Below the pieces are notes generated by a model. It searched no databases. It saw only the letters and a list, made by a program, of their open reading frames with translations, and was not told the origin of the DNA. From Longimicrobiales bacterium (lineage in GTDB: Bacteria; Gemmatimonadota; Gemmatimonadetes; Longimicrobiales; Gaopeijiaceae): a stretch of DNA of 64,000 nucleotides. Position numbers and translations under genes: made by a program. Location of the stretch: NCBI GenBank assembly GCA_965198065.1, contig CBDAON010000004.1, forward strand, positions 832,001-896,000, in the 5' to 3' direction. Position 1 is the first letter of the stretch, and every line of letters begins with the position of its first letter. Positions 30,053 through 41,603 of the stretch are shown here, one piece after another.

Positions 30053-31021
30053 TCATGCTTGCGACCTGTCCAGCTCGAAGAGCTGGCTCACGGACTCGTT
30101 CGAGTGGATGTACTGGATCGCGCTCGCGAGTAACCCCGCGACGGAGAGGACCACCAGCCGGTCGAACTTCCTCTCGTCGGGAATCTGAATCGTGTTGGTG
30201 ACGACCAGCTCCTTGAGCGGCGTCTTCTCCAGCTTCTCCCGCGCGTTCCCCGACAGGAGAGCGTGGGTGGCGCACGCGAATACGGCAGCCGCCCCCCGGT
30301 CGTGGAGCGCCTGTACGGCCGAGGCCATCGTCCCCGCGGTGTCGACCATGTCGTCCGTGATAAGGCAGCTCCGGTCCTCGACCTCGCCGACCACCGCGAG
30401 TATCTCGGCCTGGTTCGGAGCGGGGCGGCGCTTGTCGATGATCGCGAAGGTGGCTCCGAGGCGGCGCGCGAAGCCCCGGGCCATCTTGGCCGACCCCACG
30501 TCTGGTGCCACGACCACGAGGTCCGCTAGCTGTCGTTTCTTGAAGTACTTGGTCAGAACGGGAGCCGCGTAAAGATGATCCACGGGGATGTCGAAGAATC
30601 CCTGGATCTGGTGCTGGTGGAAGTCTATCCCGAGCACCCGGTCGGCACCGGCCGTTACCAGCACGTTCGCCGCAAGCTTGGCCCCGATCGCCACGCGAGG
30701 CTGGTCCTTTCGATCCTGCCGTCCGTATCCGAAGTACGGGATCACGGCCGTCACACGGGCCGCGGAGGCCCGCTTGGCCGCATCGATCAGGAGCAGAAGC
30801 TCCATGATGTTGTCGGACGGGGAGATCGTCGGCTGGAGAATGAAGACGTCCCGTCCACGCGCGTTCCGGTCGATCCGGACGAAGATTTCGCCGTCCGCGA
30901 AATCGCGGATCTCTGCCCCATCCATCGACTGGTCGAGGATCTCCCCGACCTCCTGCGCGAGCAGCCGATTCGCCCGCCCGGACAGGAGGAGCAGGGGCCC
31001 GCGTCCGACCGTCTCTTCCAT
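30053..31021 (-). CDS. prs: Ribose-phosphate pyrophosphokinase
   Basis: FADGEI, PYFGYGRQDRK, DDMVDTAGT. Confidence 0.97.
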   Translation of the reverse strand: MEETVGRGPLLLLSGRANRLLAQEVGEILDQSMDGAEIRDFADGEIFVRIDRNARGRDVFILQPTISPSDNIMELLLLIDAAKRASAARVTAVIPYFGYGRQDRKDQPRVAIGAKLAANVLVTAGADRVLGIDFHQHQIQGFFDIPVDHLYAAPVLTKYFKKRQLADLVVVAPDVGSAKMARGFARRLGATFAIIDKRRPAPNQAEILAVVGEVEDRSCLITDDMVDTAGTMASAVQALHDRGAAAVFACATHALLSGNAREKLEKTPLKELVVTNTIQIPDERKFDRLVVLSVAGLLASAIQYIHSNESVSQLFELDRSQA

Positions 31022-31210
31022 GGGCGCCTTGGCGAGTCGCGGACGATGTGGAGGGAGCCGTGGTGGGGGCCTCACGGCCCGGCTGGCGGGACGGTGGTCC
31101 CGTGGCCTAGCCGGGCGCTTGGCCCAGGGCGACTACAGCCAGAAAAACTAGACCGGGCGCCAAAGCGCGTCAACGGACGGCAGACGCCGTGAGAGGTGGG
31201 AAAACGGGAG

Positions 31211-31251
31211 TTGGCCCGGGTGGATTCGAACCACCACCGCCGGTTCCAAAG
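31211..31251 (-). tRNA. 3' half of tRNA-Gln(TTG), probable att site (not a complete tRNA)
   Basis: CTTTGGA anticodon loop, ACCGG, T-arm GGTGG-TTCGAAT-CCACC, acceptor CGGGCCA; no matching 5' half or D-arm upstream. Confidence 0.85.
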
Positions 31252-31379
31252 GTCGTTCCGGGCTTTCCGGCACTGTCCGGGGAGGAGGCGTAAGTGGGTC
31301 CCATAGAGAGACTCGCCCCCTCGCAAGCAGGGTACAGTCGTAGAACGTCGGCGGCCTATCGATCCTTCTTCGGTCGTTC

Positions 31380-32293
31380 TGACCTGACCCGCTGAAACGA
31401 GACCAGGTGCAATGTTAGGATCGACCTGGTCCGAAGCTTTTCAGCGAGGAGGTCAGGATGGGAAGGAAGCGACACACTCCGGAGCAGATCATCACTGCAG
31501 TGCGGGAGGCAGAGGTCGGTCTGGCCGGCGGCAAATCCGTGAAGCTGATCAGGGGGGAGCTCGGCATCACCGAGCAGACGTACTACCGGTGGAGGCGGGA
31601 GTACGGCGGGATGAAGGTGAGCCAGGCACGGCGCCTGAAGGAGCTCGAGCGCGAGAACGGGCGCCTGAAGCGAGCAGTGGCGGACTTGACACTGGACAAG
31701 CTGATCGTGGAGGAAGCGGCCAAGGGAAACTTCTGAGCCCCGAGGGCCGACGACGTTGTGTGGTGCGTGTACGTCAGCAGCTCGGGGCGTCGGAGAGGAG
31801 AGCGTGCCGGGTGCTCGGGCAGCCACGCACGACCCAGCGCGGGGCGAGGAAAGTGGCGAGTGACGAGGGGGCGCTCCGAGGTGATATCGTGCGACTCGCG
31901 AGTCGATTCGGCCGCTACGGCTAGCGACGCGTCACGGACACGCTCCGCATCGAGGGCTGGGGGGTGAAGCACAAGCGGGTGGAGCGGATCTGGAGGCAGG
32001 AGGGGCTGAAGGTCCCGGAGCGGCAGCCGAAGCGAGGTCGGCTGTGGCTCAACGACGGATCGTGCATCCGGCTGAGGCCGCTGTATCGGGGCCACGTCTG
32101 GTCGTACGACTTCGTGGCCTCGAGGACGCACGACGGGCGTGCGCTGAAGCTGCTGACAGTGCTGGACGAGCACACGAGGGAGTGCCTGGCGATCGTGGTG
32201 GCTCGCAAGATCCGCTCGCACGACATGCTAGAGGTGCTGGCCGATCTGTTCGTCCGACACGGGCCCTCCCGAGTATCTGAGGTCGGACAACGG
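31380..32293 (+). mobile_element. IS3-family element A, copy 1, 3'-truncated
   Basis: End TGACCTGACCCG; orfA 31458-31736; GGGAAAC slip site; orfB with TAG at 31922 and cut at SDNG. Confidence 0.9.
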
Positions 32294-32294
32294 G

Positions 32295-33965
32295 CAGTGG
32301 ATCTCTTGGGCCGCTCGCGAGCACTTCCGAAAGGCACGCACGGAGTCGCTTATCACGCTCGGATCGGCGCCATTAGACGTGCCGGAGTTCCGCGCCGTGG
32401 TCTTGGGCCAATTGGGCGAGGCTCGGCTCGATGTGGCCATCGACGCCGACCTGGCTGGTCCGATGGCGCATGCGAAAGCCCTGGATGTGGACGCCCAGGG
32501 TGTTCTGCGCGACATCCACCGCCGCGTGGGCACGATTATCCTATTCGAGTCCTCCGGAGGACAGGTAGACAAGGTGGCTCATTTGCCCGAACTGCGCTTC
32601 GCGCTTGGTGAGCCAGAGGTCGATACCACCACCATCGACAACGCTGCGGCAGCCCTGGAGACATCCGGGTTCTTCATTCGCAAGGTCGGGACGGACGGCT
32701 ACCGCATCCACCACCAGGCGACATTGAAGAAGGTCGTCAGCGACCGGCGTGCTTCGCTGGACGAAGAAACGGTGATCAGACCGGCAGTCCGCAAGCTCGT
32801 CGAGAGCGAGTTCAAGCGTGGTGCAACCCTGCCCGTCGTCGTCTTTCCGGAGGACAGTGCCGCAGTCCAGGACTCGCCGCGCCTCGCGTTGATCGTCGTC
32901 GACCCGGAGACGGAATGGAAGGACAGCGACCAGGTAGTCGAGCGGATCGGCGAATGGACGAAGGAACGGGGCAAGTCCCCACGGCTCTACCCTGGCTCGT
33001 TGGTCTGGTGCGCCAGGAAACCAGGACGGGAACTTCGCGAGAAGGTTGAGTTGTGGCTTGCTTGGCAGCGTGTGGCGCGCGAGGTAGCGGAGGGGGTCCT
33101 AGGTGCCGAGTTCGACCGTGCTGACCGTGTCGAAGTCCAGGTCAAGGTCAGCGAAGCGGAGGAAGCCTCCAAGGACGAAGTGTGGGCCAGCTATCGCTTC
33201 GTGGCACTGTCCGATTCAGAGGCGCAGTACGGTCTCAAACGCATCGACCTCGGCGCCGGCCACGCTAGCGCGAGCGAAACACTCTGTGGTCGTGTCATCG
33301 GAGCGTTGAAATCCGAGGCCCTGCTGAACGAGAGCGTAGGCGCCGGTTACATTGACCGTCACTGGCCGCCCACGTTCCAGAGCACCGGGGCATGGCCGCT
33401 CACGAGCTTGCGACAGAGCTTCCTCGACGGCTCGCTAACACGGTTGATCGATCCCGATGCGATCCTCCGTAGGCAGATCACAGCGTTCGTGGAGAACGGA
33501 GACTTCGGCTTGGCATCCGGTGCCGAGAACGATGGCACCTACACTCGGCTGTGGTATGCCGAGCCGATCCGCCAAGAAGAGGTCGCCTTTGAATCGGGTG
33601 TCTTCCTGTTGACTAAGGCCAGAGCCGAAGAACTCAAGACCATGCCTGCAGGGCCTATACATCCACAACCCGGACCTCCACCAGGCCCGGGTCCGGAACC
33701 CGAGCCTGAACCGAAACCTGATCCAAAGCCAACTCCCGGTGCTGAGAAGACAGTCCTTCGCCTTGCCGGTACCGTGCCCCCGGAAGTCTGGAACCGGCTC
33801 GGAACTAAAGTCTTGCCCAAGCTCCGGTCGGGAGACGACCTCAGTGTAGGCATCGAGTTCTCCGTGAGTGTCAGCTCGCAGTTTGCACGGAACATGGAGA
33901 CCGAGCTGCAGCAGATTCTGGACGAGCTCGAGCTGAGCAACACGATCCGCGTTCAAAGGTTGTAG
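32295..33965 (+). pseudogene. DUF499-type ATPase, C-terminal part
   Basis: Long open frame beginning at the IS junction; LITLGSAPL, FESSGGQ, VPPEVWNRLGTK recognised as DUF499-family C-terminus; no Walker A. Confidence 0.7.
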
Positions 33966-33990
33966 TGACGAGGAGCTTACGAAGGGCGCT

Positions 33991-34089
33991 TGAACCGGTC
34001 CCGATTTACTGGACAAGAGCGCGGCTTAATCATGCCGCCTTACGGGTGAGCTCCTCGCGGACCTGGAACGGAGTCCGGTATCCATGGCG
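33991..34089 (-). mobile_element. IS3-family right-end remnant
   Basis: GYRTPFQVREELTRKAA* followed by TGTCCAGTAAATCGGGACCGGTTCA terminus. Confidence 0.6.
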
Positions 34090-34520
34090 CCCTAGGAGCC
34101 ACCCGCGGTTGTAGCTATCGATACGCGCAAGCGACCGGAACGCCGAATTGATCGCTGAGAGCCTGTAGCCCCTTGTTTAGCAATGGAAGCGTCGGATCCG
34201 GACCGGCGGGGACGTGATCAAACGGCGGCGCGGGCGAATTGTCGTTGAGCTGGTGAGAAAGACCTAGACCCGCGGAGCCAGGCGATCCCGCAACTACGGA
34301 ATTCGAGGTCCTGCACGAACGAACCAGCGTAAGGAAGACCCGGCGTGTCGCGAGCGAGGCCGGCCGCAGGTTTCGCGCGCTCCTACGGGAGCGGTTCAAC
34401 AACCCGTTGGCAGAGCCCGGTCCGGCTCTAGTACGGGGGTGGACCTCCTGGCATATCCTCCCGCTTACGATGGTTGACACCGCGCAAAGCAGTCTCCTCA
34501 ATGCTACTGGTAGGGAGATT

Positions 34521-36127
34521 ATGAAGACGATCGAGCAGATGCGGATGACCATGTTCGAAGACCGGGACCAGCTGCGGAAAATGGCTTCTCCTCAAGCTTC
34601 CTTCTGACGTGACACCCTTAGTTGATCCGTTTATTCCCTGACTCCATGTGGTGGTTGAGGGCGAAGTCCGCAGGTGGGAGATCGCCCAGGGCGCTGTGGG
34701 GTCGGACGCGATTGTAGTCCTGCCTCCAGCGTTCGATCGTGTGCCTCGCATCCCGTAGGGAGAGGAACCAGTGGAGGTTCAGGCACTCGTCCCTGAAGCT
34801 CCCGAGGAAGCTCTCGACGAAGCAGTTCTGAATCGGCTTGCCCGGCTGTATGTATTCTATCTTGAGGTCCCGGGAGTAGGCCCAGGCGTCGAAGGCACGG
34901 CTCGTGAACTCGGAGCCGTTGTCGCAGATCACGCGCTCCGGCAAGCCGCGTTCCTCCCGAAGTCTCTCGAGCACCTCGATCACGCTCGCCGCAGGGATCG
35001 AGTGAGCGACGTGGAGTGCCAGGCACTCGCGGCTGAACTCGTCGATCACCGCGAGGCACCGGAACACTCGGCCCGTACTCAGCGTGTCCATGATGAAGTC
35101 CACGCTCCACCGCTCGTTCGGATGGCCGAGTGGGTCACGCACCGGTCGTGGTACCTGGCTCCGTCGTCTCCGACCCTTTCGCCGCACCGCGAGCCCTTCC
35201 TCGCGGTAGAGCCGGTGGATCCGCTTCCGGTTCACCAGCCATCCCTCGCGGCGCAGAAGCACGTGGATGCGTCGGTAGCCCCAGCGAGGCCGCTCGCCCG
35301 CGAGCTCCCGGATCCTCGCACGTAACCCCTCCTGAGCTGGGCGCTCGCTTCGGTACCGGATCGTTGAACGCGGGAAGCCTGTCCAACGGACCACTCGACG
35401 CTCCGAGGCCTTCTCGGCGGCTTGCACCCTCCGGACGACCTGGCGCCGCTCCCCGGCCGTCACAACTCGTTTCCCAGCAGGTCCTTCAGCACCTGAAGGT
35501 TCAGCGCCTGGTCGGCCACGATGCGCTTGAGCCGTCGGTTCTCGTCCTCAAGTGCCTTCAACCGCCTCGCGTCACTGACCTCAAGGCCCCCGTACTTCTT
35601 CTTCCACCGATAGAACGTGTCGTGGCTGATCCCGTGGCGTCGGCATACCTCTTTCGTCGCTCCGCCCGCCTCCGCCTCCCGTAGGATCCCGATGATCTGC
35701 TCTTCCGTGAACCTACTCTTCCTCATGACTCCTCACTTACTCCGAGGAGTCAGAGAATAGCTGGCTCAGCTTCCGGGTGTCACGTCACTTCGTTCTACAC
35801 GATCGGTGGGAGGTCGTGGCAATCGCCTGTGCCCCACGGGAGCTAGAGCGAGGCCGGGCGATCCTCGGAGGCTGGGCCGCCGCCTCCGGGCCGGAGGCGC
35901 CGGACGCCGGGGTTTCTGAAGAGGCCGCCCGCATTGAGCGGGCGATCCTTCATGGCGACGAGCGGGCACTCGGGGAGTACGGCGGTCTGCAGGCCGCCAA
36001 GAAGCGAAGCGTCGTGCTGAGGAAGCGCGCGCGCCAAGGGCCGACGGCAACGGTGCGCCTCTCCGGGCGCACTTCCGATTACCCGCTATGTGTCATCCTC
36101 AGCCCGCACTCTTATCTTAGAGCGTAG
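34521..36127 (+). pseudogene. Hypothetical gene split by IS element B
   Basis: MKTIEQ...PQASF and FVLHDRWEVV... rejoin in frame when the IS and one CTTC are removed. Confidence 0.6.
34605..35787 (-). mobile_element. IS3-family element B, complete
   Basis: 13-bp IRs TGACGTGACACCC; CTTC target duplication; orfA 35460-35726; orfB 34618-35463 with DDE motifs (WSVDF, CDNG, ESF). Confidence 0.95.
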
Positions 36128-36139
36128 GGTAAAGACAGA

Positions 36140-36527
36140 TGCACCAGCGCCCTGCGTCGGCGCTCGGGGCTCAGAAGTTTCCCTTGGCCGCTTCCTCCAC
36201 GATCAGCTTGTCCAGTGTCAAGTCCGCCACTGCTCGCTTCAGGCGCCCGTTCTCGTGCTCGCGCTCCTTCAGGCGCCGTGCCTGGCTCACCTTCATCCCG
36301 CCGTACTCCCGCCTCCACCGGTAGTACGTCTGCTCGGTGATGCCGAGCTCCCCCCTGATCAGCTTCACGGATTTGCCGCCGGCCAGACCCACCTCTGCCT
36401 CCCGCAGTGCAGCGATGATCTGCTCCGGAGTGTGTCGCTTCCTTCCCATCCTGACCTCCTCGCTGAAAAGCTTCGGACCAGGTCGATCCTAACATTGCGC
36501 CTGGTCTCGTTTCAGCGGGTCAGGTCA
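36140..36527 (-). mobile_element. IS3-family element A, copy 2 (left end and orfA only)
   Basis: Near-identical to 31380-31770; orfA 36171-36449. Confidence 0.9.
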
Positions 36528-36935
36528 CCCGGCGCGTGCAAGCCCTTCCTGGACGAACGGGCCGGCCCGCTCGCGGACCCATTCGGCAAGGCGGGGACGG
36601 ATCGCCTTTGTCCAGCGCCTCTCCTGACTGCGCGTGAGCGGCAGCGCCTCGTCGCCGGCACCGGCAACCAGATCCGGTGCGAAGCCGCGGATGTCGTAGG
36701 TGATGTCGATGTCTTCCGAGAACCGCCGGATCGCGCGCCACACCTTGGACAAGGAGGTGCCGCCCTTGAACACCAACTGATGGCCGAACGGGGCGTCGAA
36801 CAGGACGCCGAGGGTTGCGACCACCCAGATGTCTTTCTCGAGCACGAACGCCGGGTGCGGGCATTCGGCTTGAGCGGCACGCAAGGCATGACGGCGCTCT
36901 TCGGACGCCAGGCGCTGAAACAGTGCTTCAGCCAT
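36528..36935 (-). pseudogene. AbiEii nucleotidyltransferase toxin, truncated by IS
   Basis: LEKDIWV, FKGGTSLSK, RFSEDIDI. Confidence 0.85.
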
Positions 36936-37045
36936 GCGCCAGACGCGTGCTCAGCGGCTCCGCCATCCACACCGGCATGACGCCCCGCGCGACCGCAAGC
37001 TCCTCGAGGTCTTCCTCCGAGAGCTTGGGCAGGATCGACGTCCCG
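36928..37045 (-). pseudogene. C-terminal remnant of AbiEi/DUF6088-like antitoxin
   Basis: LSEEDLEELAVARGVMPVWMAEPLSTRLAHG* overlapping the AbiEii start. Confidence 0.55.
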
Positions 37046-37252
37046 ATCGAGCCCTAAGACCCTTGACGGGAACCTCTGGCGAGCGCTGCGGAGGGGGTGT
37101 CTGCCATGCCACTGGCGGCGGTGTCCAACAGCTCGCGTACCGTACTGGCTATCTCTAGCCGCTACAAGCCTTTAGGAGATTTCCTAAGAGTTGACTTCCT
37201 TGCATGCGGGTCTTCACCGTTGTGGCCATGAAGACGCGGGAGCACTACGGCC

Positions 37253-39226
37253 ATGGAGACGCTGGAGCAGCAGTTCGACTCGCGGGTGAGGGTGTTCCTC
37301 GGGCGGACGGGCCTGAGTCCGACGCTGCCCTTCCCAGAGCTTGAAGAGGAACGCGAACGGGCAGATCGGGTGAAGAGGGAGACCCCAATTCTAGTGATCC
37401 TCGGTAACCCGCCCTACAACGGCTTCGCCGGCATGGCAGTGGACGAGGAGCGTGAACTCTCGGAAGCCTACCGCACGACCAAGCAGGTCCGCCGGCCCGA
37501 AGGCCAGGGCCTGAACGATCTGTACATTCGTTTCTTCCGCATGGCGGAGCGGCGCATCGCGGAGAAAACCGGACAGGGGGTGGTTTGCTTCATCTCCAAC
37601 TATTCCTGGCTCGACGGTTTGTCCTTCACCGGTATGCGGGAGCGCTACCTCGACGCATTCGACGCAATCCGGATCGATTGCCTGAACGGCGACAAGTACA
37701 AGACAGGCAAGGTCGCACCGGACGGTTCGCCCGACCCCAGCATCTTCTCCACTGACGGAGATCCGGTTGGAATTCAGGTCGGTACCGCCATCGCGACGCT
37801 GGTGCGCAAGGCGGACCACGAGCCGGCCAAGACGGTTGCGTTCCGGAATCTCTGGGGACAGGCCAAGCCGGCAGAGTTGATCGCCACGGCCGAGGCGGAA
37901 CCGGATGCGCTGTACTCCGAGGTCGAACCGGTGCCGCCGCTTGGGCTTCCGTTCGTGGAGACGGCGGTGAGCGCCGACTGGTTTGACTGGCCCGCGCTGC
38001 CCGACCTGTTCCCGGTCTCGTTTCCCGGCGTAAAGACCAGTAGAGACGGGTTCCTCGTGGACACCGATCTTGACCGGCTCCGGGCGCGTGTAGGCGACTA
38101 TTTCGACATGGCGCTGAGCCATGAGGACATCGCACGGCGTTATCCGAGGGTCATGAAGTCCACGGCGCGCTTCGATGCCCCCGCAGTGCGTGACGCGATG
38201 CTGAGACGCGGTGGGCCGGATGAATCCGGATTCATCCGCTTCGCCTACCGGCCGTTCGACAACCGCTGGCTTTACTGGGAGAAGGATGGCCTGCTTGATC
38301 GTCCACGCGCTGACTACAGGCCACATGTGTTTGAGGGGAATCTATGGCTGTCGGCTGCCCAACATCTGCGGAAAGGGGCGGAGGAACCTCAGGCATGCTT
38401 CACGGCATGCTTGGGTTGCCTGCATCTGATTGAACGAACAGCGCTGTTGTTTCCCACGTGGCTTCGTGACGAAGGCCATGGGGACGGTACCGGCGCCGGG
38501 CGCCATCCCAATCTGTCGGCTACCGCACAACGGTATCTTGCACGCCTTGACCTCGGTGTCGAAGACCTGTTCCACCATGTTCTGGCCACCCTGCACGATC
38601 CCGCGTATCGGGAGGCCAATGCCGGAGCGCTGCGCATGGAATGGCCGCGCATCCCGCTGCCCGGCTGGCCGGACGGCGAGGCTGAAGGAGCAGCTGAGGC
38701 ACTCGCCCGGTCGGCGACGCATGGGCACGAGCTAGCCGCTCTACTCGATCCAGAAACGCCGGTGCCCGGCGTCACGCGAACGCCGCTGCGCCCGGAGATT
38801 GCCACTATCGCTGTTCCATGTACCGTCGGGGGACGCAACATGGCGGGCGACGATTTCGCTGTTACCGCAGGCTGGGGGCACTACGGGGTAGGCGACGCAG
38901 TGATGCCTGGCTTGGGCCGCACCGTCGAGCGCGCTTACACGTCGGCGGAACGCACGGCCATGCCAAATGCCTTGGCCGCTCTCGGTGACACGACCTTCGA
39001 CGTCTACCTCAACGGCGAAGCCTTCTGGCGCAACATCCCCGCCGCGGTCTGGGACTACAGGCTCGGTGGCTATCAAGTGCTCAAGAAATGGCTCTCCTAC
39101 CGGGAGCGGAAGGTTCTCGGCCGGAGACTTCGGGCCGAGGAGGTTCAGCATTTCACCGATACGGCACGACGGATCGGTGCGATACTGCTACTTACGGATG
39201 CCTCCGATCCAAGAGACGTGATGTAG
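37253..39226 (+). pseudogene. Type ISP/IIG-like N6-adenine MTase plus specificity region, N-terminally truncated and fused to a foreign start
   Basis: GNPPY, DLYIRFFR, YRPFDNRWLY, WDYRLGGYQVLKKWLSYR; SAM-binding motif I absent. Confidence 0.75.
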
Positions 39227-39556
39227 GAGGAGGGAAGACGCCGAGAGGAGACGATCAGCGAAGCCGAACGCCTGATCACTTCGGAAGACGGGCCGGGCGG
39301 AAGTATCGACGCGGCCCGAATCGAGCGGATCGCTCAGGAGCAGATACTTGAAGAATAGAGACCGGAGGCCCGCGGTGACACCGATAGGCATTGAGCACCT
39401 GCCCGCGGAACCAAGACATTGGCTGCCGCCATTGCATGTGGCCGAAAGCTGTGTTCCTCTGGACCACATTGTGCAGGCCGTCAACGAGAACTGCCGAGCT
39501 CCCAACTTCAGACAGGCCGGGATTCGAGGAAGGGTGAACCAGTGGACGAAGACGAC

Positions 39557-41603
39557 ATGACCGACAGCGCAGGACCCGGGGAAGCTGTGCCCACCTCCGA
39601 TAAGAAGCTCTACCTCGAGTTTCACAGCCGTGTGATTGAGCACCTGGGGATTCAGATGTACCAGAGTCCCGTCAACGCGGTCGCTGAGCTGGTAGCGAAC
39701 GCGTGGGACGCAGACGCGACATCCGTGGAGATCTGAGCTCCCGGAGAGCCTCAACGATCCTGAGCCCACCTTCGTGATCCGCGATGACGGGATGGGCATG
39801 ACCTTCGATGAATGTCAGGATCTCTATCTGGCGGTCGGGCGCAACCGCAGGGGAGAAGAGACCGAAGAGCAGACAGCTGGGGGCCGACCGGTCCTTGGCC
39901 GGAAGGGCATCGGGAAGTTTGCAGGTTTTGGGATCGCAAGCCTCATGACGGTGGAAGCCGTAAGCGGTGCCACTGGAGAGCGAACCGTGTTCCGCCTCGA
40001 CCTCGATGCACTGACGGCGGACGACAGACCGAGCACAGCTCGAAAGGAGATCGATGTCGTCGAACACGATCCTCCCGACGAGGCGAGAAGGGATGAGCAC
40101 GGGACCGTGATCACGCTCTCGAGACTCACGATCCACCGGGCGCCCTCCGAGAACCCGTTTCGGATCAGCATGGCGAGGAGGTTCTTGCTCCATCAGGAAC
40201 AAGCGGGCTTCAGGGTGTCGGTTCAGGGGGAAGTCCTCCCGCAGTCGTACGATGTCGCCGGCTTCGAGTATCAGTTCCCGAAGGATCTGCCCGAGCCAAT
40301 CGAGGGTGTGGCGATCGACGACGATGGTTGGGGTGTCGAGTCCGTCGACGGCAATCAGATCCGATGGCGGCTCCTCTTCCAAAAGGACACCATCGACGAA
40401 GAAGAGCTGAAGGGAGTCGCGGTCTTCGCGGGCGGGAAGCTGGCACAAAGGCCGTTCTTATTCAATCTGACTCGTGGGCTGACGGGGCAACATGGGGCTG
40501 AATACCTCGCCGGTCAGGTCGTGGCCGACTTCATCGATCGGCTTCCAGCCGACCTGATCGCAACCGAGCGACAGCGTGTCAACTGGGACAGGGTCGAGAC
40601 AGCCCCCCTTCTCAGGTGGGGCCAGTCACGCCTTCGCAGTGCGTTTAAGGCATGGGTGAAACTGAGGGGCGCCGAGAAGAGGAGACGTCTCGAACACCGG
40701 CTCGTAGGCTTCGCTGACCGTCTCGCGCGCTTGCCGAAGCACGAGGGAAAGGTCGTGAAGCGAGCTTTGACCTCGCTCGGTGCGATCCCAACTCTCTCCG
40801 AACGGCAATTCGACGACTTGGGGCGGGCAGTGTTGGGCGCCTGGGAGCAGGGGCGCCTCACCGAGCTGATCGCCGAGATCGCTGAATCCGAAGACCTGGA
40901 CGAGTCGGCACTCCTCGAGGTGCTGGTGGAAGCGCGTGTCCTGACGGCACTCCAGACCGTAGAGGTGGTCCGCACCAAGCTGGAGGCGATTCAAGGTCTC
41001 AAGAGGAGGATCGAGGAGCAGGAACTAGAGAACGCCGTTCGGGACTTCATCGCGAAGAGCCCGTGGCTCATCTCCGCGGAGTGGGAGACATTCGCGAAAG
41101 AGTCCGGCTTGCGTCAGACCATTGAAAGGGCGGCCGACACCGCCGATTTGTCACTTGACATCTATAGGGGGAGGGTAGACCTGACCATGGCGAGCGGTCA
41201 GCATTTGCTTGTCCTCGAGTTCGTACGACCTGGACAGGCCGTCGACTGGGACCACCTCTCCCGCTTTGAACGGTACGTGCGGACGATCAGGTCACGCGTG
41301 AAGCCGATCACGGGGGCACGCTTTCGGCGGGTCACTGGATATATCGTCGCCGACCGGCTGGATAAGACACCGGAGTTCACCGACAAGATCGAGGGGATGG
41401 TCCAAGAGGACATGTACGCGTTCGACTGGCACACCCTTCTAGACCAAGCAGAAGCAGGTTGGAAAGACTTCCTCAACATTCTCGAAGACCGGGGAGAAGA
41501 TGACTTCCGAATGGCGGAACACTTCGAAGCCGTTCGCGGGACGAAGGAGAGCCAGAGCTCGGTCGAGTCCGTCGAAGCCTCCGAAGCACGAGAATCGTCC
41601 TGA
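39557..41603 (+). CDS. GHKL (MORC/HATPase_c-like) ATPase with C-terminal nuclease-like domain; frameshift at about 39734
   Basis: ELVANAWDA, DDGMGM, GRKGIGK, GTVITL; C-terminal RVDL...VLEFVRPG. Confidence 0.8.

Noticed and set aside
33660..33740. Pro-rich PGP/PEP/PKP repeat
   Set aside because: Ordinary low-complexity linker within the DUF499 protein
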